In this document: piece by piece, positions 8,706 to 18,610 of the stretch
How positions within the stretch are numbered: the stretch's first letter is position 1
Layout of the letters: every line of letters begins with the position of its first letter
Origin: Fibrobacteria bacterium
GTDB taxonomy: Bacteria; Fibrobacterota; Fibrobacteria; UBA11236
Reading direction: 5' to 3'
NCBI GenBank assembly: GCA_043745805.1
Contig: JAYTSD010000031.1
Span: 1 to 64,000, forward strand
Length of the DNA: 64,000 nt
Position numbers and translations under genes: made by a program
The notes under the pieces: generated by a model
The model's input: the letters and a program-made list of their open reading frames with translations, nothing else
Databases searched by the model: none
What the model was told of the DNA's origin: nothing

Positions 8706-9571
8706 ATTGGCGTTGTTTGAATTCGGGTTCACAAACAGGTGAGCAAAATATGGCCCATGATGAAGCTATTTTTGCTGAAGTAGAAAAAGGATTTTCTCCG
8801 CCTACAATAAGAATTTATGGATGGCAACCGGCTTGTATTTCCTTAGGGTACGCGCAAGATCCGCAAAAAGAATTGAATTTGTCAGCTATGGTTGAGGCCG
8901 GTATTGATTGGGTGAAACGGCCTACTGGGGGACGTGCGGTATTGCATATTGAAGAATTTACTTATGCTGTGATTGCGCCATTACACGTTACCCCTTGGTG
9001 TTTGAGCCGAGAGTCCTCTTATCGTAAAATTTCCGAAGCACTCATTTATGCGCTAGACTTTGCAGGTTTAGAAATGCTGGATCGTGAGGGGGCATCGGAA
9101 AAGCCAGGTGGGCCTAAAGCGATGACACCCTGTTTTTCTTCCACTGCCAAATCGGAAGTGACTTGGCAGGGACGTAAGTTTGTCGGCTCTGCGCAAAGGC
9201 GTAGCCGCCACGTTTTTTTACAACATGGATCCGTACTTTTATCACAAAAACATGAACAATTAGTGAAGTATTTACAAATTAATCAAGATCAAAGGTCCGT
9301 CTATGCAGAACATTTACGTAACCATGCGGTTACCTTAGAGGAGATCGCAGGACGGCCTATATTATTTCAAGATTTAGCTAAGGATTTTTTGCATCGTTTT
9401 ACGACTTATCTGGAATTACCATATAAGGAAAGTGATTTAACCGAAAGAGAAAAAGCCTTGGCGGAAAGTTTGGTTAAAAAACAACACTATTTAAAGCAAA
9501 ATATTTATTCACCGAACTCGGTGCCGAATGTAAGTAAGGAGTCTGTAATTCCTGAAGGGTTGATATGCTAG
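8702..9571 (+). CDS. Lipoate-protein ligase family protein, LipM-like octanoyltransferase
   Basis: PTIRIYGW, KRPTGGRAVLH, PCF, RKFVGSAQ, LQHGS; no LplA C-terminal domain. Confidence 0.85.
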   Translation: MNWRCLNSGSQTGEQNMAHDEAIFAEVEKGFSPPTIRIYGWQPACISLGYAQDPQKELNLSAMVEAGIDWVKRPTGGRAVLHIEEFTYAVIAPLHVTPWCLSRESSYRKISEALIYALDFAGLEMLDREGASEKPGGPKAMTPCFSSTAKSEVTWQGRKFVGSAQRRSRHVFLQHGSVLLSQKHEQLVKYLQINQDQRSVYAEHLRNHAVTLEEIAGRPILFQDLAKDFLHRFTTYLELPYKESDLTEREKALAESLVKKQHYLKQNIYSPNSVPNVSKESVIPEGLIC

Positions 9572-10539
9572 AGATAAAAGGACTTAGCGTAGCCTTTAAG
9601 ATGAGTCAAGAATTTGTGCCAGTTACGCGTGACATTTCTTTTAATTTATCTGCCGGCGAAACATTGGGCATAGTTGGAGAAAGTGGTAGTGGTAAATCCG
9701 TAACCTCCATGGCACTTATGGGTTTATTACCCAAACAACATAGTCGCATTAGAGCGGAAGCTTTACGTTTTGAAGGCAAAGATTTATTAGCACAAACGGA
9801 TTCAGAGTGGCGCAATTTACGCGGCAAAGATATTTCCATGATTTTCCAAGATCCAATGACGAGTTTAAATCCTCTCATGACTTGCGGAGAACAAATTGCG
9901 GAAACTATGCGTTTGCATCAAAGGTTAACACATAGTCAGGCCAAATTGGCAACATTGGAATTATTGGAGCAAATGGGAATTCCCGATCCACAGAAGCGTT
10001 ATAGAACCTATCCTTTTGAATTATCGGGAGGCATGCGACAAAGGATTATGATTGCCATTGCCTTATCGTGTCGTCCAAAATTACTGATTGCGGATGAACC
10101 GACTACTGCTTTGGATGTTACTATTCAAGCGCAAATTTTAAACCTGATACGCGACGCACAAAAAAAATATGGTATGGCTCTCATTTTAATTACGCATGAT
10201 TTAGGGATTATTCAAGATACCGTAAATCGAGTTATGGTGATGTATGCCGGAAATATTGTTGAGCAAGGTGCTACACATAAAATTCTTAATCATCCTACGC
10301 ATCCCTATACGCATGGATTAATGCAATCCATTCCCAAATTAAAGGGACATGTTAAGCGCTTGCATTCTATTGAAGGCGTGGTTCCGAGGCCGGATGATTT
10401 TATTGCGGGTTGTCGTTTTCATCCCCGTTGTGAATTTAAAAAAGACTTATGCTTGGCAAATACACCACAGTTAATGGGAGATGATTTCCAAAGCGCAGCT
10501 TGTTTGCGAAAGGGAGAATGGGATGCTAAGCTTATCTAA
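9565..10539 (+). CDS. Oligopeptide/dipeptide ABC transporter ATP-binding subunit (OppD/DppD-like)
   Basis: [33 protein letters not shown]-terminal CRFHPRC. Confidence 0.93.
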   Translation: MLEIKGLSVAFKMSQEFVPVTRDISFNLSAGETLGIVGESGSGKSVTSMALMGLLPKQHSRIRAEALRFEGKDLLAQTDSEWRNLRGKDISMIFQDPMTSLNPLMTCGEQIAETMRLHQRLTHSQAKLATLELLEQMGIPDPQKRYRTYPFELSGGMRQRIMIAIALSCRPKLLIADEPTTALDVTIQAQILNLIRDAQKKYGMALILITHDLGIIQDTVNRVMVMYAGNIVEQGATHKILNHPTHPYTHGLMQSIPKLKGHVKRLHSIEGVVPRPDDFIAGCRFHPRCEFKKDLCLANTPQLMGDDFQSAACLRKGEWDAKLI

Positions 10540-11095
10540 TAATTAAATCTTCACTTATATTCACGACTTTTTCGGCAGTGGAGGTGGTGATGTCTTTGAT
10601 CAAGTCTTCACATAAAAATCGCATTTGATCCACCACAAGATATTCGGAATTTCCTCGTTCACCATTACTTTTTTTGCTAATGAGAAACCTTCTTTTTAAT
10701 CCCGATTTTTCTAAAACAGCATAACCCTCATAAAGCACGGAACCTTTTTCTGCATCGGGAAAATACTCCTGAATGGTCAAAGAAATTTTAGCCTGCGCTT
10801 GGGAGGAGTCCAATTGATAGCTCATCTTTTTTTTTCGTAATTGATACCATAACTCTTTATGAACTTCTTCAGCAAACGAGGAATCGGTTTTGTGAATTCG
10901 TTCAATTAGCGGGCGTAAAGAATCGGAAAAAGAGGGTATGTTAACATACACCGCTTCATTTTTTTTTAGATAAATTTTATCCTCAGCGGAAGCCAGTGGC
11001 TTGGCTCTATGTATATGAGCACAACCCGTAATCATTAATAAACCCAACAGGGTCCAGTGTATTTTCATACGGGTAAATTTACAATTGTTTTTCAT
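10532..11095 (-). CDS. Hypothetical lipoprotein (probable start MKIHW at about 11068)
   Basis: Signal peptide with lipobox ITGC. Confidence 0.7.
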   Translation of the reverse strand: MKNNCKFTRMKIHWTLLGLLMITGCAHIHRAKPLASAEDKIYLKKNEAVYVNIPSFSDSLRPLIERIHKTDSSFAEEVHKELWYQLRKKKMSYQLDSSQAQAKISLTIQEYFPDAEKGSVLYEGYAVLEKSGLKRRFLISKKSNGERGNSEYLVVDQMRFLCEDLIKDITTSTAEKVVNISEDLIIR

Positions 11096-11942
11096 AGCAA
11101 AAGATCCAGTAAGCCCACAAATTCTTTTTTAAAGTGTGATATTGATAATAGGTGGCGATGGCATTGCCTAATTTTTCAGCACTGGTCAATCCAATTTTGT
11201 GGAGAAGCCAGCGAATTGGGGTAAATAAAAGTCCAAAACGATAGATGGCAAAGGCATGGGGAAAAATATCATTGCTAATATTTTCCGAATAAAATTTTTT
11301 GAAACCTGCGCTTACAGCACTTTCATGAAACTCCTTACAAGAGGCCAAATGAGGAACGGCCCAGCCTTTTAAAAATTCTGCATATTGATTTTCTTCGGCA
11401 AGAGAAAAGGTTTTTCCACTTTTGAATCCATCGGCTACAATTAATCGACCACCCGGTTTTAAAAGGCCAAACATTATTTTTATCCAAGCTGCTTTATCAG
11501 GTGCATGATCAAAACTTTCCGTGGCCCAAATAAAATCAAAACTTTGCGGCTTAAAGGCTGGTGTGGTGAAGTCATTGGCGACAAACTTGGCCTTTTGTTT
11601 AAGGGCTTTTTTTTGTGCGAAGCCATGCGCTAAATGCGCTTGCATTTCCATTAAGGTAATGCCTACGGTTTGACAGTCGATATTTTGGCTTAACCAAATG
11701 GCTGAACCTCCCACGCCGCAACCCGCATCGAGTAGGCGATGATGGCTTTTTATGCCCGCAATTTTGGCCATATACTTCACCAAGTTTTCCGTGGGATTTC
11801 CACCTTTTGGTAAATCTCTTTCAAAGCCATAATGCATATGATGATGCCAATCGCTTTGATAATATTTTAAATAGTCTTCGGTGGCGGCTGTATAATAGCG
11901 ATGTACTTTTTGCTTAATTTGATTTTCGAGTAGGGTAGACAT
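11079..11942 (-). CDS. Class I SAM-dependent methyltransferase (gamma-tocopherol/sterol methyltransferase-like)
   Basis: HMHYGF, LLDAGCGVGGS, FDFIWATESFDHAPDK, LKPGGRL. Confidence 0.85.
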   Translation of the reverse strand: MSTLLENQIKQKVHRYYTAATEDYLKYYQSDWHHHMHYGFERDLPKGGNPTENLVKYMAKIAGIKSHHRLLDAGCGVGGSAIWLSQNIDCQTVGITLMEMQAHLAHGFAQKKALKQKAKFVANDFTTPAFKPQSFDFIWATESFDHAPDKAAWIKIMFGLLKPGGRLIVADGFKSGKTFSLAEENQYAEFLKGWAVPHLASCKEFHESAVSAGFKKFYSENISNDIFPHAFAIYRFGLLFTPIRWLLHKIGLTSAEKLGNAIATYYQYHTLKKNLWAYWIFCYEKQL

Positions 11943-11949
11943 TCGAGAA

Positions 11950-13119
11950 TTATTTTGTGATAAATTGTTTAAGGCTTAATAATCCGGCTTTAAAAATTTC
12001 TTGGGGAGTTAAAAGACTTAAAGCAATATGACATGATTCTGTAAACCCAAATAAATATCCTGGATGAACTTGCACTTTGCATTCATGCAATAGGGCGCAG
12101 GCAAATTCTTCATCATCGGCAATGTTTTTTAAATGTATGAGTAATGTCCAACCCGCTTCTGGATTAATTATATCGAGGTCTATGCAATTTGCTAAAACTT
12201 CTTGTGCACATTTTAAATTGCTTTGTAAACGGATATGAATTTGCGCTTGAATTTGTTTGCGAAAAATAAAAAGTTCCGGACAAGCCATTTGTACAGGCGT
12301 ATTCACGGACAAAAAAGTATCGGCGATTAAATCCAAATTTTCCACTGCTTTTTGAACTTTGGGAGGATTACCCGCAACATGGATCCATCCCAATTTTAAT
12401 TGCGGTAAGCCCAGTATTTTAGAAAATCCATTCAGTGTAAAGATTAACGCTTCGTCATCGGCAATCGGTAAATATTTTTTTTCAATTAAGATATAGTCGC
12501 AAAACACTTCATCAACTATAAGAGGAATATTGAGGCTGCGTGAAATATCTAGATAAGCATTAATTTCTTTTTGCGTTAATAAATGCCCCGTGGGATTATT
12601 CGGGTTCACCAAAATTATGGCTTTAGTTTTAGGAGTAATCGCTTCGCGTAAGGCCGAAAAATCACAATGCCAATGGCCTTGGCCCGCGGCATTATAAAGT
12701 AATGGATTTTCTATTAAATGTACTTGTTCCAGAGTGGCAATAAAATCAAATAAAGGATAGCTGGGAGAGGGAATGATAATCTCATCATCCGGATCGCAAA
12801 GTAATTTGAATAAGTAAGAGTAAGCCTCAGAAGTACTCGCTGTTAAAAATAAAGCATCGGGATGAAGTGTTCGTCCATTTTCTTGATAGTATCGGCTAAT
12901 CGCTTTACGTGCTGTTAAATGTCCTTGTGGACAAGGGGAATATATCAAGCTTTCCTGTTTATTTAAGCACTTTAATAAATCTTCGGGATAATGAAATTCA
13001 GCTTGTGTGGGGTTGCTTAGGGTAAGGTTAAAAACCTCTTTGCCTTCTTCAAGAAGACTATGTAAGATTTGTGTTAGAGGGTTAAGGTCGGATTCTTGAT
13101 TAAATTTTCGTGAAAACAT
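11950..13119 (-). CDS. PLP-dependent aminotransferase class I/II
   Basis: NPNNPTG, DEVF, GFSK..GLPQLKLGW. Confidence 0.92.
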   Translation of the reverse strand: MFSRKFNQESDLNPLTQILHSLLEEGKEVFNLTLSNPTQAEFHYPEDLLKCLNKQESLIYSPCPQGHLTARKAISRYYQENGRTLHPDALFLTASTSEAYSYLFKLLCDPDDEIIIPSPSYPLFDFIATLEQVHLIENPLLYNAAGQGHWHCDFSALREAITPKTKAIILVNPNNPTGHLLTQKEINAYLDISRSLNIPLIVDEVFCDYILIEKKYLPIADDEALIFTLNGFSKILGLPQLKLGWIHVAGNPPKVQKAVENLDLIADTFLSVNTPVQMACPELFIFRKQIQAQIHIRLQSNLKCAQEVLANCIDLDIINPEAGWTLLIHLKNIADDEEFACALLHECKVQVHPGYLFGFTESCHIALSLLTPQEIFKAGLLSLKQFITK

Positions 13120-13181
13120 ATCAGGATTTAATGCGAATTAAGCTTGCGATCCTGAAGCCATATAAAAACATGAGAAATTAA

Positions 13182-14093
13182 TTAGCAAGGATTTAAGATT
13201 TTTTTTTCGGGCAAAGAGAAATAACCTTTTTGCCTTAAGTTGTGAGTAATATGCACCGAAGAAAGGGAACGATTGAGGCTGTATAAATGCAACCCTGCGA
13301 TTCCATTTTTTAATAAATCTTCACATTGCAAGGTGGCAAAGTCAATTCCACGTTGAATAATTTCCTCGGCAGTTCCCTGACCGAGCGCATTTTTTAATGC
13401 AAGTGGTATAGAGCATCCCGAAAGCTCTTGAAAGCGCGGCAGTTGGTTAATATCAATAACCGGCATTATACCTGCAATTAAGGGGATATGTACGCCTGCC
13501 TTGAAGGCTAAATCGCGAAAGCGATAAAAGCTTTCATTGTCAAAAAATAGTTGCGAAATAGCGACTGTTGCACCCGCATCTTGCTTGACCTTCAAAAAAT
13601 TTATATCGGCGTCTAGGCTTGCGGCTTCAGTATGTTTTTCGGGATAAAAGGCGCAAGCAATATTGAATTTGGTTTTTTCGGAAATGAAAGTGATTAAATC
13701 CGAGGCATGGGCAAAGCCATCGGGATGTGGTTTAAAGGTGGTATCGCCTTTTGGAGGATCGCCACGCAAGGCTAATACATTACTGATGCCAGATTGTTCT
13801 AAGGCGGCCAAAGTATCTAATAGATCTTGTTTGGAATGCCCAACACAAGTTAAATGGGCTACGCTTTCGATGGCTAATTCATTTTGAATACGCGAAACTA
13901 AATCCACAGTTTTTTGGCGAGTAGAGCCACCGGCTCCATAAGTTACGGAAATATAATCAGGACTTTGCTTACTGATTTCAGCTAATGTGGCATACAAAGT
14001 TCCCCAACCCGCTGGATTTTTAGGGGGAAACAATTCATAGGAAATAGTAGGGATTTTGCTGCGTAATTTGTCGATAAATTTCATGTTGTGCAT
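13182..14093 (-). CDS. metF: 5,10-methylenetetrahydrofolate reductase (ORF track start 14102; ATG at 14093 or 14084 more likely)
   Basis: SYELFPPK, SVTYGAGGS, AHLTC, LALRGDPP, SQLFFD, LHLYSLN. Confidence 0.95.
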   Translation of the reverse strand: MHNMKFIDKLRSKIPTISYELFPPKNPAGWGTLYATLAEISKQSPDYISVTYGAGGSTRQKTVDLVSRIQNELAIESVAHLTCVGHSKQDLLDTLAALEQSGISNVLALRGDPPKGDTTFKPHPDGFAHASDLITFISEKTKFNIACAFYPEKHTEAASLDADINFLKVKQDAGATVAISQLFFDNESFYRFRDLAFKAGVHIPLIAGIMPVIDINQLPRFQELSGCSIPLALKNALGQGTAEEIIQRGIDFATLQCEDLLKNGIAGLHLYSLNRSLSSVHITHNLRQKGYFSLPEKKILNPC

Positions 14094-14124
14094 AAAGTAC
14101 AATGATTATAAGTATTTTTAAATC

Positions 14125-14871
14125 ATGATTAGAACATTAAAATTCCGCGTTATTTTATCCGTACTATTTGTGGCATTACTTTGCGCCGTGGGTAATAACC
14201 TTTTAAATCATCGATCTATTGATTGGCTAGGCAGTCCAGAGGTTTTGCAAAAGCCTGCGGGTTGGCCAGCAGGAGATGGACTTTGGAAGGGCGTACAATC
14301 GGGTATTGCCACGGCTGGGAGTAATTTTTTAAAGACCAAGAGTTGGGTTTTAGGCATTGCATTGGGAACGTTTTTTTTAACCCTAGGTTTAAATAAGCTC
14401 AAAAACATTCCTTGTGCTATCCCCGTGGCGGCGGTTTTGCGTTTAGGCTTGGGAATTATGTTTGTAACAGCGGCGTGGCCTAAATGGCATGATCCTAAAA
14501 GCTTTTCGAGTTTAGTAGCGAACTATCAATTCTTACCGGCATTTTCGGTAAATGGTTTTTCACTTTATCTACCCATGTTAGAAATGGTCGTGGGTTTAGG
14601 TATTGTGTTTACAGCATGGAAAAAAGAATTCACTTTGCTGCTAGGAATTTTATTTGTCATGTTCATTGTGGCCTTGGCGCAAGCTTTAGGGCGTGACTTA
14701 GGGATTGCTTGCGGCTGCTTTGATATTGAAGGGGCAACTAATCCGGGTGAAACTTGGTTTTCATTATTAAGAGATATAGTATTACTAGTGCCTACGGCTT
14801 GGCTTTATTTTTATGGCCATGAAGGAACTATTTGGAGCTTGCCTACAAAATCAATTTCAGTGAAAAACTAA
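14125..14871 (+). CDS. MauE/DoxX family membrane protein with N-terminal extension
   Basis: R..LG..F...K, LP.LE, IACGCF, RD motifs. Confidence 0.8.
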   Translation: MIRTLKFRVILSVLFVALLCAVGNNLLNHRSIDWLGSPEVLQKPAGWPAGDGLWKGVQSGIATAGSNFLKTKSWVLGIALGTFFLTLGLNKLKNIPCAIPVAAVLRLGLGIMFVTAAWPKWHDPKSFSSLVANYQFLPAFSVNGFSLYLPMLEMVVGLGIVFTAWKKEFTLLLGILFVMFIVALAQALGRDLGIACGCFDIEGATNPGETWFSLLRDIVLLVPTAWLYFYGHEGTIWSLPTKSISVKN

Positions 14872-15299
14872 ATTTTTTAGTTTTTGGAATAATTTTGTCG
14901 GAAACTTTATTTGATCCTGTGCGACAAAAGCCAGTACCCGCCACACCTGAAGAAAAAGTGCGGCAACAAGTCATCCATTATTTATTACACATTGTGAAAG
15001 TTCCCATTTCACTAATTGGTGTGGAATATTCTTTGAGTAATTTGGAAAAAGGCAATGCTCATCGTATGGATATTATTGTTTGGAAGCCGGGAGGGAAGCA
15101 GTTAACTCCTTGGTTACTGGTAGAAACCAAGGCCCCGCATATACCGATCACCGATACTATTGTTTATCAATTAGCCGAGTACTTGCGCTTGGCTCCAAGT
15201 GCTTATTTGATGTTGAGTAATGGCAAAGATACGCGGATTTTAAAATGGAATAATGGAGCTTATGGATTAATTTCCAGTTTGCCTTTTTTTAATAGCTAA
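14832..15299 (+). CDS. Type I restriction enzyme HsdR N-terminal-like (PD-(D/E)xK) stand-alone protein (probable TTG start at 14895)
   Basis: TPEEKVRQ, DIIV...LLVETKAP, Q...Y, SNG. Confidence 0.85.
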   Translation: MELAYKINFSEKLNFLVFGIILSETLFDPVRQKPVPATPEEKVRQQVIHYLLHIVKVPISLIGVEYSLSNLEKGNAHRMDIIVWKPGGKQLTPWLLVETKAPHIPITDTIVYQLAEYLRLAPSAYLMLSNGKDTRILKWNNGAYGLISSLPFFNS

Positions 15300-17698
15300 A
15301 ATAAATTTCGTTTCAGCATGAATTTTTCTTCCATCAGTCCAATAAAAAAAGGCATGAATAGCATCGGCGCAATAAAGCTAAAGCTCAATCCAATTAAAAT
15401 AACTTGTCCTAAGGAAGCCAGTCCAGCATGATCGGTAAAGGCAAAGGTGCAAAAACCGGCCATGCCCATGAGCGTTGAAAATGCAATGACTGGACCACTT
15501 CGGCGCAATACAAAAAAGAGCGAACCCTTGCCTTCTTCCATATAGCGATGATAAAAATGTACGCTATTATTGATCCCATAGGCAAATAGAATGGGGAAGG
15601 CCAGTAAATTAAAAAAATTTAATTTAATATGCAGCCATTTCATGCAACCCAATGTCCAAATAAAACTCAGCACCAAGGGTAACAGTATAACCATTACTGC
15701 ACGCAAAGATTGCACATCGATTAAGAGCAATAAAAATACGATGGAAATAGCCAAACCTAAAACTTTTATGGAATCGGGAATCACCAACTTGAGTAAATCA
15801 GCTTGTACAATGGCTAAGCCCGAGGCTTCATAGGTTTTGCCTCCCGCTACTTGTAGGTTACTTACATCATTCGCAAAGGCTAAAGTATTCCAACCTTCAC
15901 GTAAATTTACCGATGGAAAAATGAACGTAAATTGGCCTGAATTCGAATCATTTCCAAAAAAAGTTTTTTTATAGTTATTGGGTAAATCGGAAATATTTAA
16001 TCCTGTCACATTCCATACTTCCTGTAGTCGCTTTAAATTGGGTTGTAAAGTCAATGGTGCATTTGCAATGATTTGTGGGGTAACCGATTTTTTGATTTTA
16101 CGAATTAAGGCCAACTTTGCAATTTGATCTGTAGGCAATAAATCCTTCATGGTACTTATCGATTGAATGGTAGGGGAGAGCGTATCGTTGGCTTTGCGTC
16201 GACGTAACATATCCGCCACTTTTTGTGCTTCTTCAGCATTGGGTGTAACGACCACCGCTGGAGGCACTATAGCTTCGCCAGCGGCTTGCAATAAACTATC
16301 AATCTTTGCTTCGCGTCCAGGGTAATTTAACTTGTCGAAATTAAATTCAAAGCGAGTTTGTATGCCTTTTGCGCAAAAAAGTAAAGTGAAAAAAATCAAA
16401 ACCCAAGCATGTTTACGCCAATACTTATAAGGACGGGCTTGAAATAAATTAAAACCGATACGAGGTTTTCCAAAAACGGGTATCCATTTCCAACGTTCTA
16501 CAATAATGAGTAGACAAGGAAAAACCACTAACATTGATAAGAGCATGCAACCCATACCAATTCCAGCCATGAGGCCGAATTCAGAAAATCCTTTAAAATC
16601 GGTTACTAACAAAGTTAAAAAGGCAGCGGCACTAATTAAAACACTAGTGGTGATGGCCGGACCGGTTTCTAAAATAAGTGTTTCAAAAGCAATGGAAGCG
16701 CTAAGTCCTTTTAATCGCTCTTCACGGTAACGGGCAAGTAACTGTATGCAGGCTTCTAGACCAATACCTAAAAGCAATAAACTTAATGGGCCGGAAATCA
16801 AACTTAAATGTCCAGTGGTTTTGGAAAACAGAGCTAACGTCCAAAGTACCGCTAAGGAAAGAGGTATAATGGCAAACAAGGCGCCCACGGGGATACGACA
16901 AAAGAAAAGCAGTAATAAACAAGCAATAATAAGTATGGATTTTTTTCCGGAATCTAAAATATGGGAATAAAGATGCCCATCATTACGCACATTATAGGTT
17001 ATTTCTCCGGTATAAAAAATTTGTGGGGACATAGGTGTTTTGGCGATTTGGTCGGTAACAATACCCACATCTTTTAAAAAGGCGCGATCCTTTTGAATAT
17101 CAGTGATATCAAAATTAGGATAAATACGCACCAACACAACTTTTCCATCGGCGGTACCTATATAATCCTGCAAACGTGAAAAGTATTTTTTTTCTAAATC
17201 ATTAAAGCTTGCATTAGCTTCCAGTGAACTTTCTTTTTCTTCGTCATTCAATAAATTAATCAATAAAGGATTCTTTTTTTTGTGGGTAATCCAAAATCCG
17301 GTTTCAATACGTTTATCGATTTCCTGTAAATCACTCAAGGAAATATAAAGCAGCTGATGGGTTCGGTAAAAATCGGCTTCCGTTTTATATTGCAAAAAAT
17401 TAATATCGGGATGATGCTTTAAATGTTGGGCAATAAAATGTGCAGTTTTTTTATTGGATGCTGAATCCTCAGAATGAATAAGCAAGGTAAGATAACCCGA
17501 ACCGCCAAATTTATTTTCAATTTGTCGCCACACTTTGACACTGGTATAATTTTGTGGAAAAAGATCGGAAAAGGATTTGCGGATTTCGAGATGCTTAATT
17601 TGATAAAGGGAGAGAATGGTTAAAATAAGGCTAAGGCCAAGCACGGTTTTAGGGCGCGTATGCAGATGGCGAAAAGCCTTACACAAGTAAGTAAACAT
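15296..17698 (-). CDS. MMPL/RND family transporter
   Basis: Two repeats of TM1-periplasmic loop-5 TM; LGIG...RYREE and YGINNSVHFYHRY motifs. Confidence 0.88.
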   Translation of the reverse strand: MFTYLCKAFRHLHTRPKTVLGLSLILTILSLYQIKHLEIRKSFSDLFPQNYTSVKVWRQIENKFGGSGYLTLLIHSEDSASNKKTAHFIAQHLKHHPDINFLQYKTEADFYRTHQLLYISLSDLQEIDKRIETGFWITHKKKNPLLINLLNDEEKESSLEANASFNDLEKKYFSRLQDYIGTADGKVVLVRIYPNFDITDIQKDRAFLKDVGIVTDQIAKTPMSPQIFYTGEITYNVRNDGHLYSHILDSGKKSILIIACLLLLFFCRIPVGALFAIIPLSLAVLWTLALFSKTTGHLSLISGPLSLLLLGIGLEACIQLLARYREERLKGLSASIAFETLILETGPAITTSVLISAAAFLTLLVTDFKGFSEFGLMAGIGMGCMLLSMLVVFPCLLIIVERWKWIPVFGKPRIGFNLFQARPYKYWRKHAWVLIFFTLLFCAKGIQTRFEFNFDKLNYPGREAKIDSLLQAAGEAIVPPAVVVTPNAEEAQKVADMLRRRKANDTLSPTIQSISTMKDLLPTDQIAKLALIRKIKKSVTPQIIANAPLTLQPNLKRLQEVWNVTGLNISDLPNNYKKTFFGNDSNSGQFTFIFPSVNLREGWNTLAFANDVSNLQVAGGKTYEASGLAIVQADLLKLVIPDSIKVLGLAISIVFLLLLIDVQSLRAVMVILLPLVLSFIWTLGCMKWLHIKLNFFNLLAFPILFAYGINNSVHFYHRYMEEGKGSLFFVLRRSGPVIAFSTLMGMAGFCTFAFTDHAGLASLGQVILIGLSFSFIAPMLFMPFFIGLMEEKFMLKRNLF

Positions 17699-17767
17699 GC
17701 TATTAGATTTATACCTGAAACAATTTTAACATTTTTTAGGGTTTCTTTCTCACTAAATATACTCCCC

Positions 17768-18610
17768 ATGGCAACAATACGACAGGCTAATCGCAAAAGC
17801 ATTCATGTCTTTGATTTGGATGATACCTTGATGGAGAGTTCTGCGCGTGTTTGGGTTTTGGCTTCTACGGAGGCAAAGGTGTTGAAATCCTTAAGTACCG
17901 CCGAATTTACGCATTATGTTTTACAGTCGGGTGAGGTGTTTGATTTTAGGGAATTCTCGGACATCGGTATACTTTCACGTGGGATAGCTATTCCTTATAC
18001 CCGTGATATTTTAAAAAAAATTATGGATCATGGCAGTAAAAGTCATTTTTCCATATTAACGGCGCGCCCCGAAAAAAAAATGCATGCGCCCTTTTTAATA
18101 AGGTTATTTAAAAATCTATTCGGAATAGAATTGCATAAGGATTTAATCTTCACTATTTCGGATGAACGCTATGCACGTTTCAAAGATAAAACCCATCCGT
18201 TTTCTAGCCTGCGTGTGGCAGAAAAAAAAGCCTTAGTGATAGCTGATGAATTAATATCCAAAGGTTATAATGACATTTCATTTTATGATGATAGTCGCGA
18301 TAATTTGTCCAGTTTTCTAAAACTCCGTGAAACTTATCCGGAAATAAACTTTAAGGCGCATTTTATTGACCCGACTTGGAGAATACGTTTGCATGAATTT
18401 AAAGCGGCATCCGAAATGGAAAAATTTTTGCAAAAAGGTTGGATATCGGCCGAGATAATTTTGCGCAATTTTTATCTAGGTTTTAACACAGATCTTTATT
18501 GTCAACAAAAACTTGAAAATGGAGAAGTATTGTTATTGGCTAATGAATTCAATGGTTTTGGAGTAATCTGCAAAGCAGGAAAATTTTATTTAACCAAAAT
18601 AGCGGGATAA
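17768..18610 (+). CDS. HAD-superfamily protein of unknown function (ORF track start 17660 overlaps the divergent gene)
   Basis: FDLDDTL (motif I), ILTARP (II), K (III), FYDDSRDN (IV). Confidence 0.75.
   Translation: MATIRQANRKSIHVFDLDDTLMESSARVWVLASTEAKVLKSLSTAEFTHYVLQSGEVFDFREFSDIGILSRGIAIPYTRDILKKIMDHGSKSHFSILTARPEKKMHAPFLIRLFKNLFGIELHKDLIFTISDERYARFKDKTHPFSSLRVAEKKALVIADELISKGYNDISFYDDSRDNLSSFLKLRETYPEINFKAHFIDPTWRIRLHEFKAASEMEKFLQKGWISAEIILRNFYLGFNTDLYCQQKLENGEVLLLANEFNGFGVICKAGKFYLTKIAG

Noticed and set aside
13121-13170. SAM-II-like wording (GATTTAA...GCTTGCG) on the plus strand
   Set aside because: It is on the wrong strand relative to the flanking genes and no pseudoknot pairing is evident; kept only as a hairpin
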